Source: Chlorobiota bacterium
Lineage (GTDB): Bacteria > Bacteroidota > Bacteroidia > Bacteroidales > JAADJA01
Length of the DNA: 64,000 nt
Direction of reading: 5' to 3'
Assembly (NCBI GenBank): GCA_013151015.1
Contig: JAADJA010000091.1
Span: 21,891-85,890, forward strand
Below, piece by piece: positions 1 through 9,152 of the stretch (the first letter of the stretch is position 1; the number at the start of each line of letters is the position of its first letter). A model generated the notes under the pieces. The model searched no databases. It was not told the origin of the DNA and worked only from the letters and a program-made list of their open reading frames with translations. Position numbers and translations under genes: made by a program.

Positions 1-930
1 ATAGCTGAAATTGAAGCGCCCACTGTATTTGTACCTCTTTCGGTAGTTCATACTTGGCTTTACGGCCCAACTTCCGTAAGTGTAAATATCACCCAATAGT
101 TGAAAATCAAGGTAATCGTTGATGGCAAGGTAAACCCCGCCGTTTTCAAAATAAAACCCCCTGTTGGCTGATTCCCCATAAGTAGGTATCATGACTCCCG
201 AGCGTTGGCCCGCTTTGTTTGGGAAAAGACCAAATGGGATAAAGAGGGGAGTTGGCACGCCTTCAACCACAAAATAGGCCGGGCCGGTGACTATCTTTTT
301 ATCGGGGATCATTTTGGCCTTATTGAACTTGAATTCAAAATGTGGCTCCTCAAGCGAACAGGTTGTATAAGCCCCGTGATAAACGTTCACCACCTGGTTG
401 GGCATCTTCTTTACGATTTCACCGTGAAGGTACCCTTCATTGTCTTTGGTGATTATCGTATTTATCAAACCTTTTTCCGATTTGTAATTGTAGCGCATCG
501 ACTTCGATTCAAAGGTGTTGTTTCCTTTTGTGAAAACAGGGCGGCCAACCGGGTTTCCTGCCGAATCAAGGGTTCCTTCGGCAAAAACCTCGTTTTTCGA
601 AAAATCCAATTCCATATAGTCCGATTTCAAATTGATGTCTTCGTAGGAAATGTCGTTTTCTTTGTACATATACACTTTCTGCGATTTTACATCAAAGCGG
701 ATGGAGTCTTTGGCTTTGTAGTCGATGCGTGCATCAATGGCATTTGAGGTGGTTTTTTTTGGGACTGTATCGATAATTGTTTCGTCAATATTTGCCAAAA
801 GCGAATCGGGGGAAGAAACCCGCAATGTGTCTTGTGCTTGTGCAACCAGTTGGAAGCTAATGCTTGCCAGTAGTATAATCGCGCTCCTGAAGCCGATTGT
901 TAATAATTTGGTTGACAATTTGTTTATCAA
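1..930 (-). CDS. LptD/OstA-like outer-membrane LPS-assembly protein, N-terminal part (gene continues off the left edge)
   Basis: The minus-strand frame is open from 930 down to position 1. It is absent from the ORF track because it has no in-window stop. Translation begins LINKLSTKLLTIGFRSAIILLASISFQLVAQAQD (signal-like) and continues IDYKAKDSIRFDVKSQKVYMYKENDISYEDINLKSDYMELDFSKNEVFAEG...YTTCSLEEPHFEF, a pattern I associate with Bacteroidota LptD-like proteins. The start is uncertain: TTG at 930, no nearby in-frame ATG. Confidence 0.6.
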   Translation of the reverse strand, partial: MINKLSTKLLTIGFRSAIILLASISFQLVAQAQDTLRVSSPDSLLANIDETIIDTVPKKTTSNAIDARIDYKAKDSIRFDVKSQKVYMYKENDISYEDINLKSDYMELDFSKNEVFAEGTLDSAGNPVGRPVFTKGNNTFESKSMRYNYKSEKGLINTIITKDNEGYLHGEIVKKMPNQVVNVYHGAYTTCSLEEPHFEFKFNKAKMIPDKKIVTGPAYFVVEGVPTPLFIPFGLFPNKAGQRSGVMIPTYGESANRGFYFENGGVYLAINDYLDFQLLGDIYTYGSWAVKPSMNYRKRYKYSGRFNFSY

Positions 931-1128
931 ATCTTTAGTATAAGTATTAAATTTGCAGAATATGCAACAAAAAAGAGAGTTCAAAACTAAACAAAAATAA
1001 TTCCATAAATAGAAACGTTTAGGACAAAATAATCAACAGGATAACTAAACAGGGAAATGAATAATTTATTATGGGGTTCTCTTAATCTAAAGATTAATCG
1101 TGAAATTTAAAAAGCAAAAAACAAACAT

Positions 1129-2223
1129 ATGAAAAGACGATTGTTGGTTTATCTTATTCTGGGCTTTTTGGTTTTGGATTTTGCTGATGCGAAAGCCCAG
1201 GTTGACAATACCATCAACAAAGTGGTGATAGATGCCGGGCATGGTGGAAAGGATCCGGGCGCCCTTGGGAAAAAGTCGAAGGAAAAAAACATTGCCCTTT
1301 CCGTGGCTCTGAAAACCGGTAAACTTATTACAGATGGTTTTGGGGACGTGGAAGTGGTTTACACCCGTGACACGGATGTTTTCATCGAGTTGCACAAGCG
1401 TGCCGAGATAGCCAACGAAAGTGGTGCCGATGTTTTTATTTCCATTCATTGCAATTCCAATAAATCTTCTTCGCCCTACGGTGCCGAGACATATGTGATG
1501 GGTTTGCACAAGACCCAGGAAAACCTGGATGTGGCGAAAACCGAGAATGCGGCCATCTATTACGAGGAAAATTACAAAGATCAGTACGAAGGTTTCGACC
1601 CGGACTCCGATGAAGGGTATATTGTGCTGTCGATGTTCCAAAGCCTGAACATCAACCAGAGCATCGACCTTGCCCAAAAGGTGGAAGCGGCCTTGCACGA
1701 TAGTGCCAGCAGAAAAAACAGGGGCGTGAAACAGGCAGGTTTTTGGGTGCTCTATAAAACCACTATGCCCGGTGTGTTGGTCGAACTTGGGTTTTTAAGC
1801 AATCCAAAAGAGGAAGCTTTCCTTATTTCCCCCAAGGGGCAGGATAAATTGGCTTCGTCCATTTTTAACGCTTTCAAGTACTATAAACAGGATTTTGAGG
1901 AGGCAAACAAAGATTTGAAACCCGTAGTTGAGAAAGAACCCCCTCCCGAAATTTTTTACCGGGTGCAGTTTGCCTCTTTCCGTAAGGAAAAACCTTTGGG
2001 TTTCCGGAAATTCAAGGGCTTGAAAGAGGTGAAAATGTACAGGCACAATGGGATGTTCAAATATACGGTCGGGAATGCAAAGGATAGGGGGGAAGCAACG
2101 TCCCTGAAAAACGAAATGAAGATAAAAGGGTATAAAGATGTGTTTATTGTTGCGTTTCACAAAAACAAAAGGATATCGAAAGAAGAAGTGGAGAGATTGA
2201 TGAGCGGGAAAAAGGAAAAATAA
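1129..2223 (+). CDS. N-acetylmuramoyl-L-alanine amidase (Amidase_3) with C-terminal SPOR domain
   Basis: 364-aa ORF with a signal peptide. VVIDAGHGGKDPGA and ISIHCNS give the amidase_3 pattern. The C-terminal FYRVQFASF...GYKDVFIVAF segment is SPOR-like. Confidence 0.85.
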   Translation: MKRRLLVYLILGFLVLDFADAKAQVDNTINKVVIDAGHGGKDPGALGKKSKEKNIALSVALKTGKLITDGFGDVEVVYTRDTDVFIELHKRAEIANESGADVFISIHCNSNKSSSPYGAETYVMGLHKTQENLDVAKTENAAIYYEENYKDQYEGFDPDSDEGYIVLSMFQSLNINQSIDLAQKVEAALHDSASRKNRGVKQAGFWVLYKTTMPGVLVELGFLSNPKEEAFLISPKGQDKLASSIFNAFKYYKQDFEEANKDLKPVVEKEPPPEIFYRVQFASFRKEKPLGFRKFKGLKEVKMYRHNGMFKYTVGNAKDRGEATSLKNEMKIKGYKDVFIVAFHKNKRISKEEVERLMSGKKEK

Positions 2224-2251
2224 TTTACCTTTGTGAAAAAAACAGACAAAA

Positions 2252-3199
2252 TTGAAAATAAAAAAAGAATTTAAAATAGGCTTCGTGGTCTTGGTTGCCC
2301 TTGGTTTGCTTTATTGGGGATTTAATTTCCTGAAAGGCGAGGATGTGTTTAGCCGCGAACGGGTTTATATCGCCGTATATAATAATGTGGGCGGGCTTGG
2401 AAAAGCGAATCCTGTTTTTATCAATGGCCTTCGTGTCGGGCAGGTCCGTGATATGTATTTTCAATCGGAAACCACTTCGGAAGTGGTGGTGGAAATGATA
2501 ATCACCAATCCGGTACCCATCCCAAAAAATTCGGTGGCCAATATTTTTGATGCCGACCTGTTGGGTTCCAAGGCCATTGAGATTTCCCTTGGCAATTCAA
2601 AGGAACATGCCGTTTCGGGGGATACCTTGATCGCTTCTAAGGAGATTTCGTTGAAAGACCAGGTGAGCAAGCAGTTCGAGCCCTTGAAGGATAAGGCGGA
2701 ACAACTTATGTTGTCAATTGATACAATGCTGATCGGGTTGAACCAGTTGTTCGATAAATCAAATACGGCAAATATCTCGAAGAGCGTGGAGTATATCGCC
2801 AACTCCTTCCAGAACCTTGAAAGCACTACTGCCACCCTCGATTCGATGATGACGGAACAGAAAAAACGGATCGGGCATATACTCGTGAACACGGAATCCA
2901 TTTCGAGGAACCTTGCTGAAAACGGCGAAAATTTCGATCATATCATGGCCAACCTTTCTTCTTTTTCCGATTCGCTTGCCCAAACAAATTTCAAATCGAC
3001 CATAAACTCGGCCAATAAAGCAATGAACGACGTGGCGGCCATTGTGAAGCGGATCAACGATGGGGAGGGCAGCCTTGGTTTGTTGGTGAACGATGATTCC
3101 CTTTACATCGAACTGGCCAAATCGAGTCACGAGCTGAACCTTTTGCTTGAGGACATCCGAAAGAACCCCAAAAAATATGTGAAGGTTTCGGTGTTCTGA
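2252..3199 (+). CDS. MlaD/MCE-family protein
   Basis: 315-aa ORF with an N-terminal TM helix (FKIGFVVLVALGLLYWGF), then the MCE core YIAVYNNVGGLGKANPVFINGLRVGQV and a long helical tail. Confidence 0.75.
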   Translation: MKIKKEFKIGFVVLVALGLLYWGFNFLKGEDVFSRERVYIAVYNNVGGLGKANPVFINGLRVGQVRDMYFQSETTSEVVVEMIITNPVPIPKNSVANIFDADLLGSKAIEISLGNSKEHAVSGDTLIASKEISLKDQVSKQFEPLKDKAEQLMLSIDTMLIGLNQLFDKSNTANISKSVEYIANSFQNLESTTATLDSMMTEQKKRIGHILVNTESISRNLAENGENFDHIMANLSSFSDSLAQTNFKSTINSANKAMNDVAAIVKRINDGEGSLGLLVNDDSLYIELAKSSHELNLLLEDIRKNPKKYVKVSVF

Positions 3200-3326
3200 A
3201 ATTACTATCCATAGTTTTGTCCACAACATATTCCCATATCCATGGTAGAATTCCGCCATTTTTTTTATAGTGGTTTTCTGCCATGCTTTTCTTGAAACCT
3301 TTGTTTATCCTTGTCGCCTGGATTGT

Positions 3327-3451
3327 AAAAAGTTTACCGCAATCAGCGCAAAAGCAAAGTGAACCTGAACAACTGGCAAAAGGGGATGTACGTGGCCGTG
3401 GTTTACAGCAATGGCCTCCCGGCAGGGGAATGTAAGTTTGTGGTACAATAG
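3327..3451 (+). pseudogene. Decapitated 3' remnant of a T9SS C-terminal-sorting-domain gene (last ~40 codons only)
   Basis: Aligns without gaps to 8077-8201, the 3' end of the 6573-8201 gene, with 18 differences in 125 nt by my manual count. It translates to ...SKVNLNNWQKGMYVAVVYSNGLPAGECKFVVQ* versus ...SKVSLINWQKGMYVAVVYSDGFPVGERKFVVQ*. No upstream ORF body is present. Confidence 0.7.
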
Positions 3452-3648
3452 CCCCTAACCCGTTGGGCCGAAGCAAGCCCGTGCGCTGGCGTCCCGACGG
3501 GTTGAAAAGAAACATTCCCCGACCTGAAGGTACGGGGAAACTCATGGCCGAAGGGCAAAACGGGAGCATCACTTTACGGACTGTAATGGGCAGCATTGTT
3601 CCCCGACCTGAAGGTACGCGGAAACTCATGGGCTGCGGTCAAAAACGA
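3452..3648 (+). repeat. GC-rich hairpin-rich element, copy 1 (candidate structured RNA / repeat)
   Basis: Differs from 8202-8398 at 9 of 197 positions with no indels. It has an 11-bp stem AACCCGTTGGG (3457-3467) / CCCGACGGGTT (3493-3503). It also has two copies of a 10-bp bulged hairpin TTCCCCGACC-TGAA-GGTACGGGGAA (3515-3539 and 3599-3623). Confidence 0.65.
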
Positions 3649-3723
3649 AGTGGACGTATAAAGCGATGCTTCCAGGTCTTGCGAACCCTTAAAGATGTGG
3701 AAAAAACCATTAACTTTGGGTCT

Positions 3724-6393
3724 ATGAAAAAAACAGATACTTCAATTGTGATTTTATTTCTGTTGTTGGCTGCATTGTCCAATAATATTTATTCCCAAAA
3801 CGCCGGTATTACATATAAACGCCTGTACGTTGACAGGGACACGGAAATAAAGGACGGGACGGCCGTTACCGAAACGATAAGGGTAAGGAAAGGCGCAACA
3901 CTTACCGTCAACTGCAAACTCTCCATGGGGCAAAACGCCAAACTCATCGTAGAACCCGGCGGCAAGCTCCATATCAATGGAGGCACCCTCACCAACGCCG
4001 AGGAAGGCAAAACCTGGTACGGCATCGAAGTTTGGGGCGACCCCGCGGCAGGGCAAAACCCCATTGATCAGGGATGGGTGCTGATACAAAACGGGGCAAC
4101 CATCGAAAACTCCGTTCATGGCATAGTCGCCAGCCATTTGGAAGAAGACTCCACTTCCGGGCCGGGGGAACTGACACCCAATCCCGCTTATGCCGGGGGG
4201 ATCGTACAGGCAATTGGGTCCGGTTTTATCAACAACCAATCAACTGTCTGGTTCTATGCTTATCCACAATCCAGTGCAAGTTGGTTCACAGATTGCGATT
4301 TCGAGATAAACGATGGTTATTTTGGCAGTGAAGACCCCGGCTATTTTGTGCGCATGGACGGCATGAAGGGCATTGACTTCACCATTTGCAGGTTCAACAA
4401 CAACACCTCGGGCAATTGTTTTGGGAGCGGTATCTACAGTTTCAATTCAGGGTTTAACGTAAAAGGCAAAAGCACGGGCCTGCCCGCCCCCTTTGATTGG
4501 GAACACAGTAAGTTCAACAACCTAAGGTACGCCGTTTACGCCACTTCGGGCGGCACGCTGAATATACCCGACATAAGCCATTCGCAGTTCACGGGCAACT
4601 ACCGGGGCGTTTATTTTAGCGGTGTCCGCAACAGTATCGTGGAATATTGCGATTTTGTGACCGGTCCTGCTTGTGCAGGTGCCAGTTACGGTATCTACCT
4701 CGACAGGTCCACAGCTTACACCATAGAGGATAACACTTTCTCGCAAGGCGATGGCAACGGCATTGGCCTGGTGGTGAACAATTCCGGGGGCGACCCCAAC
4801 AGGATATACCGCAACAGCTTTACGGGCCTGAAATTTGGCATATTGGCACAGCAGGAAAACCGTGCGGCGGACGGCAACGGCCTGGTGCTGAAGTGCAATA
4901 CCTACAACGAAAACGGCCACGACCAACTCGTTTTGTGGGACGGCCTTTTCATAAGTAAAAAAGCAGGTATCGCAGAAGGCCAGGGCGCCGACATTCCACA
5001 GCCCTATGGGCCTGCAGGGAACTTGTTCAGTTGGACAGGCCCAGAAGGTACGGCAACAGATATATACAATGAAGCCAATAACATTACTTATTATTATCAT
5101 ATTGATGATGATTATCCTCTTAGACCAAAATATGTTTCAGTAGGAAAAGTAATCCCTGAACCCAATAACCATCCAGAGGCCTATTGGGATCCTGAGGAAA
5201 GTTGCCCGCCCTCCGAAAGCGGGGGCGGCACAGGGGACACGGAAGGCCTAAAAAGCCTTGTGGCAACATCTGCACAAAAGGCCGATTCGGTGCAAAACAT
5301 TATCACCATCCTGAAGGACGGGGGGAGCACCGATAACTTGAAAACCGAAGTGGCACTGAGCACACCACCGGAAGCTTTCTCCATATATGCCGAACTTATG
5401 GGAAGCTCCCCCTATATTTCCGATACGGTAATGGCCGCTGCCATCGAAAAAGAGGAGGTGATCCCCAACGTGATGATACGCGACGTGATGGTGGCTAACC
5501 CCCACAATGCCAAGAACAACGAACTCCTTGAGAAAATAGACGAACGCAGCAACCCCATGCCCGATTACATGAAGGCCCAGATAGTACAGGGGGGCGGGCT
5601 GGTATCGCTCTTCGAGGACCTGCAATCACAAAAGGCCTTTTATGTGCAACAACATGTACTGGCACTGAACGCATTGGAAAGGAGCTACCTTGCCGACACC
5701 TTGGCCCCCGTAGCCTCCATTGACAGCCTTAGGGCATTGCTCCAAAACGAAAACAAACTTGCCGCAAAACAGAGCCTGGTGTTTTTGGACATGGGGCGAG
5801 GTGCATGGGGCGAGGTGCAAAACACTCTGGAGGCCATACCACAAAGCTTTAACCTTACGGAAGAAGAAGAGGAAGAACATGCACAGCTCCTGACCTTTAC
5901 AGGTATTGTGGCAAACCTGGCGCAGGAAGGGAAAGGCATCATGGAGGCGGACAGCGCCCAAATAACCGCACTCTTTGGCATTGAGGCATCCAGGACTGGG
6001 ATTGCCGCTGTTTTTGCACGGAACGCACTCCTGGCATTGGACGAAATAAGCTATGATGAACCTGTACTGATGCCCGACTTCCTGAAATCAAGCACCATAG
6101 CCGATGAACACGCCAAACTGATGAAGGCCCTGGAAGAACACCATTATTTAAGGGTGTTCCCCAATCCGGCAAGCGATTACCTCGTAATTGCCCACGAACT
6201 GGAGGCATTGCAGCAAAGCCCCTATGCCGAAATATATGGATTAAAGGGTGGGAAACGGATGCACGTCAAGCTGTCGGGTTTGCACAACCAGGAAACCATC
6301 GACATAAAGGGACTGAAACCGGGGGTTTATATTGTAAGCCTCTTTGCGGACAACAAAGAACTGGAATCGGTGAAATTCACAAAAGTGAAATAA
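3724..6393 (+). CDS. Secreted protein with T9SS type-A C-terminal sorting domain (possible beta-helix repeats)
   Basis: I moved the start from the track's 3463 to the ATG at 3724, which gives the signal peptide MKKTDTSIVILFLLLAALSNNIYSQ. The 3463-3723 extension lies in the repeat element. The C-terminus LRVFPNPASDYLVIAHE...GVYIVSLFADNKELESVKFTKVK is a typical T9SS CTD. The many long antisense ORFs suggest it is GC-richer than its neighbours. Confidence 0.8.
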   Translation: MKKTDTSIVILFLLLAALSNNIYSQNAGITYKRLYVDRDTEIKDGTAVTETIRVRKGATLTVNCKLSMGQNAKLIVEPGGKLHINGGTLTNAEEGKTWYGIEVWGDPAAGQNPIDQGWVLIQNGATIENSVHGIVASHLEEDSTSGPGELTPNPAYAGGIVQAIGSGFINNQSTVWFYAYPQSSASWFTDCDFEINDGYFGSEDPGYFVRMDGMKGIDFTICRFNNNTSGNCFGSGIYSFNSGFNVKGKSTGLPAPFDWEHSKFNNLRYAVYATSGGTLNIPDISHSQFTGNYRGVYFSGVRNSIVEYCDFVTGPACAGASYGIYLDRSTAYTIEDNTFSQGDGNGIGLVVNNSGGDPNRIYRNSFTGLKFGILAQQENRAADGNGLVLKCNTYNENGHDQLVLWDGLFISKKAGIAEGQGADIPQPYGPAGNLFSWTGPEGTATDIYNEANNITYYYHIDDDYPLRPKYVSVGKVIPEPNNHPEAYWDPEESCPPSESGGGTGDTEGLKSLVATSAQKADSVQNIITILKDGGSTDNLKTEVALSTPPEAFSIYAELMGSSPYISDTVMAAAIEKEEVIPNVMIRDVMVANPHNAKNNELLEKIDERSNPMPDYMKAQIVQGGGLVSLFEDLQSQKAFYVQQHVLALNALERSYLADTLAPVASIDSLRALLQNENKLAAKQSLVFLDMGRGAWGEVQNTLEAIPQSFNLTEEEEEEHAQLLTFTGIVANLAQEGKGIMEADSAQITALFGIEASRTGIAAVFARNALLALDEISYDEPVLMPDFLKSSTIADEHAKLMKALEEHHYLRVFPNPASDYLVIAHELEALQQSPYAEIYGLKGGKRMHVKLSGLHNQETIDIKGLKPGVYIVSLFADNKELESVKFTKVK

Positions 6394-6572
6394 TTTTCAA
6401 TAAACATGCCCTCCCCATGGTGTCATTCCGATACCATTATATGGGGACAGGCACAGGAGTGAGGAATCCCCTTGTCATAAAAGGCTGGGGAAAATACAAC
6501 AACGGCCCAATTTATCATGGGGATTCCAACTTCATTTCAATGATTGGATTAAATACATCAAACAGAAACAAC

Positions 6573-8201
6573 ATGAAATCAAAAATAAAAACACTATTGG
6601 CCTTTGTATTGGCTCTCCAGTCCCTGGTCTTGTTTTCACAACCATGGCCTAAATATTATGGTGAACCGAACAAATACGATTTTTCAAAAGACATTGTCGA
6701 ATCCTATGACAAAGGATACTTGATGTGCGGCAACATACAGGTTTATTCAAATGAAGCTGAACAATGGGGCTGGATAATAAAAACAGATATTAACGGTGAA
6801 GTGATATGGGACAAAGTCCTTGAAAACCAAATCCACTTAACATATATTAGGGCAATTGAGAAAACAATGGATGGTGGATTATTGGTTTGTGGGCTTGTTT
6901 ACCCAAGCATATACTATGCAGACCCTTTTGTGATGAAATTAAACGCCTGTGGGGAAAAAGAATGGTGCAAGCAATTTTCGGGAGCATATGACAGCTCACC
7001 TTCGGCAGCAGACATCAAGGAAACCGAAACCGGCGAAATAATCCTGTTGGTAAATGAATGGGGAACCTCCCCCGAAGAAACCATGCACCTTTTCAAATTA
7101 AGCCACGAGGGCGATGTCCTGTGGAAAAAACCCTTTTGCAGTGGGTATGTACACCCAGAAGGGGCGATACCACTCGGGCATAGAGTTCTTATAACATCTG
7201 AAAGTGATTTTTTAATTGCGGGGGAAGTTTACTGGGAAAACCCCTGGAACCCTGGTGGCACAAAAGTTTTAAGGCCATTATTTGTTATGGCTGATAGTTT
7301 GGGAAATGAAAAATGGGTACTTCCTTTTGGGTTACAAGATACTATTGCAGGTGAATCCTATAATGTGATTGAAAAAACGAAAAATGAATTTATTGGTATA
7401 GCTTCTCTCTGGCCAACACAAAATGAAATAAAGCCATTGTTTATCAAGTTTGATAATGAAGGGGCCTCACTTGATTACCAGATTATAAATGTAAAAGAAA
7501 TAGATACAAGTTTTAGCGAAGGACACCTTGGATATATTTTTTTAAAAGATTCGTCATATTACCTAAGTGGAACATTTGAAATTTATTCAACTGAGGTCGG
7601 TCCAGTTACAGAGGTTATTATTGACACAAACCTTTTTGAAACAGAACCACAAATAGTAGATCATTTTATTCATGATAGTCTATTTTGGCCTTACACGTTT
7701 GATACAACATATAACCAAAGATTGATAAGCAACTCCACCTTCAAAGAAACCGGCAACTGGGACATAGCTTTGTCCAAGCTCAACCTTGACCTGGAATACG
7801 ATACCCTGGACCCGGGCAACTATGTTTACGACAGCCTGTGCAGCACCCCCGGCCTTCCGCAGAGCGGTTTTATCTTTTTGGACGATTGCGATATTGTTAC
7901 GGGCATGGATGTGCCCTCACCGGAAGAGTATTATGCCTTTTTGGAAACTATCCCCATAAAGGCTTTTCCAAACCCTGCAAGCGAAGGACAGATTACTTTT
8001 GAATTTAAAAATACCGAACACCATAAAAACATGGAGCTAAGGTGTTTTGATATTTTCGGGAAGGTAATCCATAAAGAAAAAGTTTACCGCTACCAGGGCG
8101 AAAGCAAAGTGAGCCTGATCAACTGGCAAAAGGGGATGTACGTGGCCGTGGTTTACAGCGATGGTTTCCCTGTTGGGGAGCGCAAGTTCGTGGTCCAATA
8201 A
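6573..8201 (+). CDS. Secreted protein with T9SS type-A C-terminal sorting domain
   Basis: Start chosen at ATG 6573, giving the signal peptide MKSKIKTLLAFVLALQSLVLFSQ. The C-terminus IKAFPNPASEGQITFEF...GMYVAVVYSDGFPVGERKFVVQ is a T9SS CTD. Confidence 0.8.
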   Translation: MKSKIKTLLAFVLALQSLVLFSQPWPKYYGEPNKYDFSKDIVESYDKGYLMCGNIQVYSNEAEQWGWIIKTDINGEVIWDKVLENQIHLTYIRAIEKTMDGGLLVCGLVYPSIYYADPFVMKLNACGEKEWCKQFSGAYDSSPSAADIKETETGEIILLVNEWGTSPEETMHLFKLSHEGDVLWKKPFCSGYVHPEGAIPLGHRVLITSESDFLIAGEVYWENPWNPGGTKVLRPLFVMADSLGNEKWVLPFGLQDTIAGESYNVIEKTKNEFIGIASLWPTQNEIKPLFIKFDNEGASLDYQIINVKEIDTSFSEGHLGYIFLKDSSYYLSGTFEIYSTEVGPVTEVIIDTNLFETEPQIVDHFIHDSLFWPYTFDTTYNQRLISNSTFKETGNWDIALSKLNLDLEYDTLDPGNYVYDSLCSTPGLPQSGFIFLDDCDIVTGMDVPSPEEYYAFLETIPIKAFPNPASEGQITFEFKNTEHHKNMELRCFDIFGKVIHKEKVYRYQGESKVSLINWQKGMYVAVVYSDGFPVGERKFVVQ

Positions 8202-8398
8202 CCCCCAACCCATTGGGCTGAAGCAAGCCCGTGCGCTGGCGTCCCGATGGGTTGAAAAGAAACATTCCCCGACCTGAAGGTACGGGGAAACTCATGGCCA
8301 AAGGGCAAAACGGGAGCATCACTTTACGGACTATAATAGGCAGCATTGTTCCCCGACCTGAAAGTACGGGGAAACTCATGGGCTGCGGTCAAAAACGA
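8202..8398 (+). repeat. GC-rich hairpin-rich element, copy 2
   Basis: Lies exactly 4750 bp from copy 1. The stem AACCCATTGGG / CCCGATGGGTT keeps pairing through a double change (G-C in copy 1 becomes A-T at 8212/8248). Confidence 0.65.
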
Positions 8399-8440
8399 GC
8401 AGGTGAGATTGTGATAAGTAAGTATTTTAGTATCCATACA

Positions 8441-8476
8441 AAAAAGCCGTTTCAATTGTTTTGAAACGGCTTTTTC
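8441..8476. terminator. Bidirectional intrinsic terminator between convergent genes
   Basis: AAAAAGCCGTTTCAA-TTGTT-TTGAAACGGCTTTTT: an 11-bp perfect stem flanked by an A-run and a T-run. It sits between the T9SS gene/element (+) and hsp20 (-). Confidence 0.8.
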
Positions 8477-8497
8477 ATTTATGTCCTGAATGCTTTA

Positions 8498-8920
8498 TCA
8501 GGCAACTTTTATTTGCTTGGGTTTCTGGACCTTCTCAACCTTTTTTGGTATTTCCACTACAAGTATCCCCAAATTGTTGGAAGCTTTTATTTTTCCGGAA
8601 TCTACTGAATCGGGCAAGGAAAACCTTCTTTCAAAGGGTTTTATGCTGAATTCCTTGCGGGTGAAGTCTTCGTTTTCCGTCATCAGTTCCTGATCCGAAG
8701 AAATCGTAAGAACGTCTTTGTCGAGTTCGATTTTGATATTCTCCTTGTCACGTCCGGGAACCGCCACATGGATCTCGAATTTCTTATCATCTTCCTTGAT
8801 GTTCACATCCGGCAGGTTTGTTTGCCTGTTTTCGTTGTCCATGAACGAATTGAAATTGCTTTCAAAAAAATCATTTACCGGATTGGGTAAAAAAATCCTG
8901 CTTTTAAGTGTTGGTAACAT
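8498..8920 (-). CDS. Hsp20/alpha-crystallin family small heat-shock protein
   Basis: 140-aa ORF. PDVNIKEDDKKFEIHVAVPGRDKENIKIELDKDVLTISS...FSLPDSVDSGKIKASNNLGILVVEIPK matches the alpha-crystallin domain pattern. Confidence 0.9.
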   Translation of the reverse strand: MLPTLKSRIFLPNPVNDFFESNFNSFMDNENRQTNLPDVNIKEDDKKFEIHVAVPGRDKENIKIELDKDVLTISSDQELMTENEDFTRKEFSIKPFERRFSLPDSVDSGKIKASNNLGILVVEIPKKVEKVQKPKQIKVA

Positions 8921-9057
8921 AATGTTGTCCTCCTATAATTTTTAATTGTTAATATTTGAATTTTTCTTCAGGTTTTCCAAAAGCTGTTCCATTTTGGATT
9001 TTTGCTCAATTTTCCATATTTAGCTGACATATGGGCAGACATTCGCAAATTCCTGAA

Positions 9058-9086
9058 ATTTATTGCGCCATATTGGCGCAATAAAT
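9058..9086. promoter_or_regulatory. Perfect 13-bp-arm palindrome upstream of hsp20 (candidate operator, or terminator of rlmF)
   Basis: ATTTATTGCGCCA-TAT-TGGCGCAATAAAT, located ~140 bp upstream of the hsp20 start codon (8920, minus strand). Confidence 0.4.
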
Positions 9087-9152
9087 AAATTTCAACAGGT
9101 CGGTTATTTCTAAGCCCACATATACGGATTGGTGTTATGCTTAATAGAAAAA

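Noticed and set aside
205-943. Plus-strand ORFs 205..747 and 725..943.
   Set aside because: They are antisense to the much better supported LptD-like frame that stays open across the whole region, and their composition is not protein-like.
3054-3723. ORF 3054..3629 (-) and the 3463-3723 N-terminal extension of the T9SS gene; likewise 8119..8379 (-) and 8231..8464 (+).
   Set aside because: They lie in the GC-rich hairpin element, which is open in several frames on both strands. There is no signal peptide or domain pattern, and the real gene has a canonical signal peptide at 3724.
3754-6208. Numerous antisense or out-of-frame ORFs of 60-190 aa inside the 3724-6393 gene.
   Set aside because: This is the typical consequence of locally higher GC. 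They are Arg/Pro/Gly-rich low-complexity translations fully nested in a well-supported CDS.
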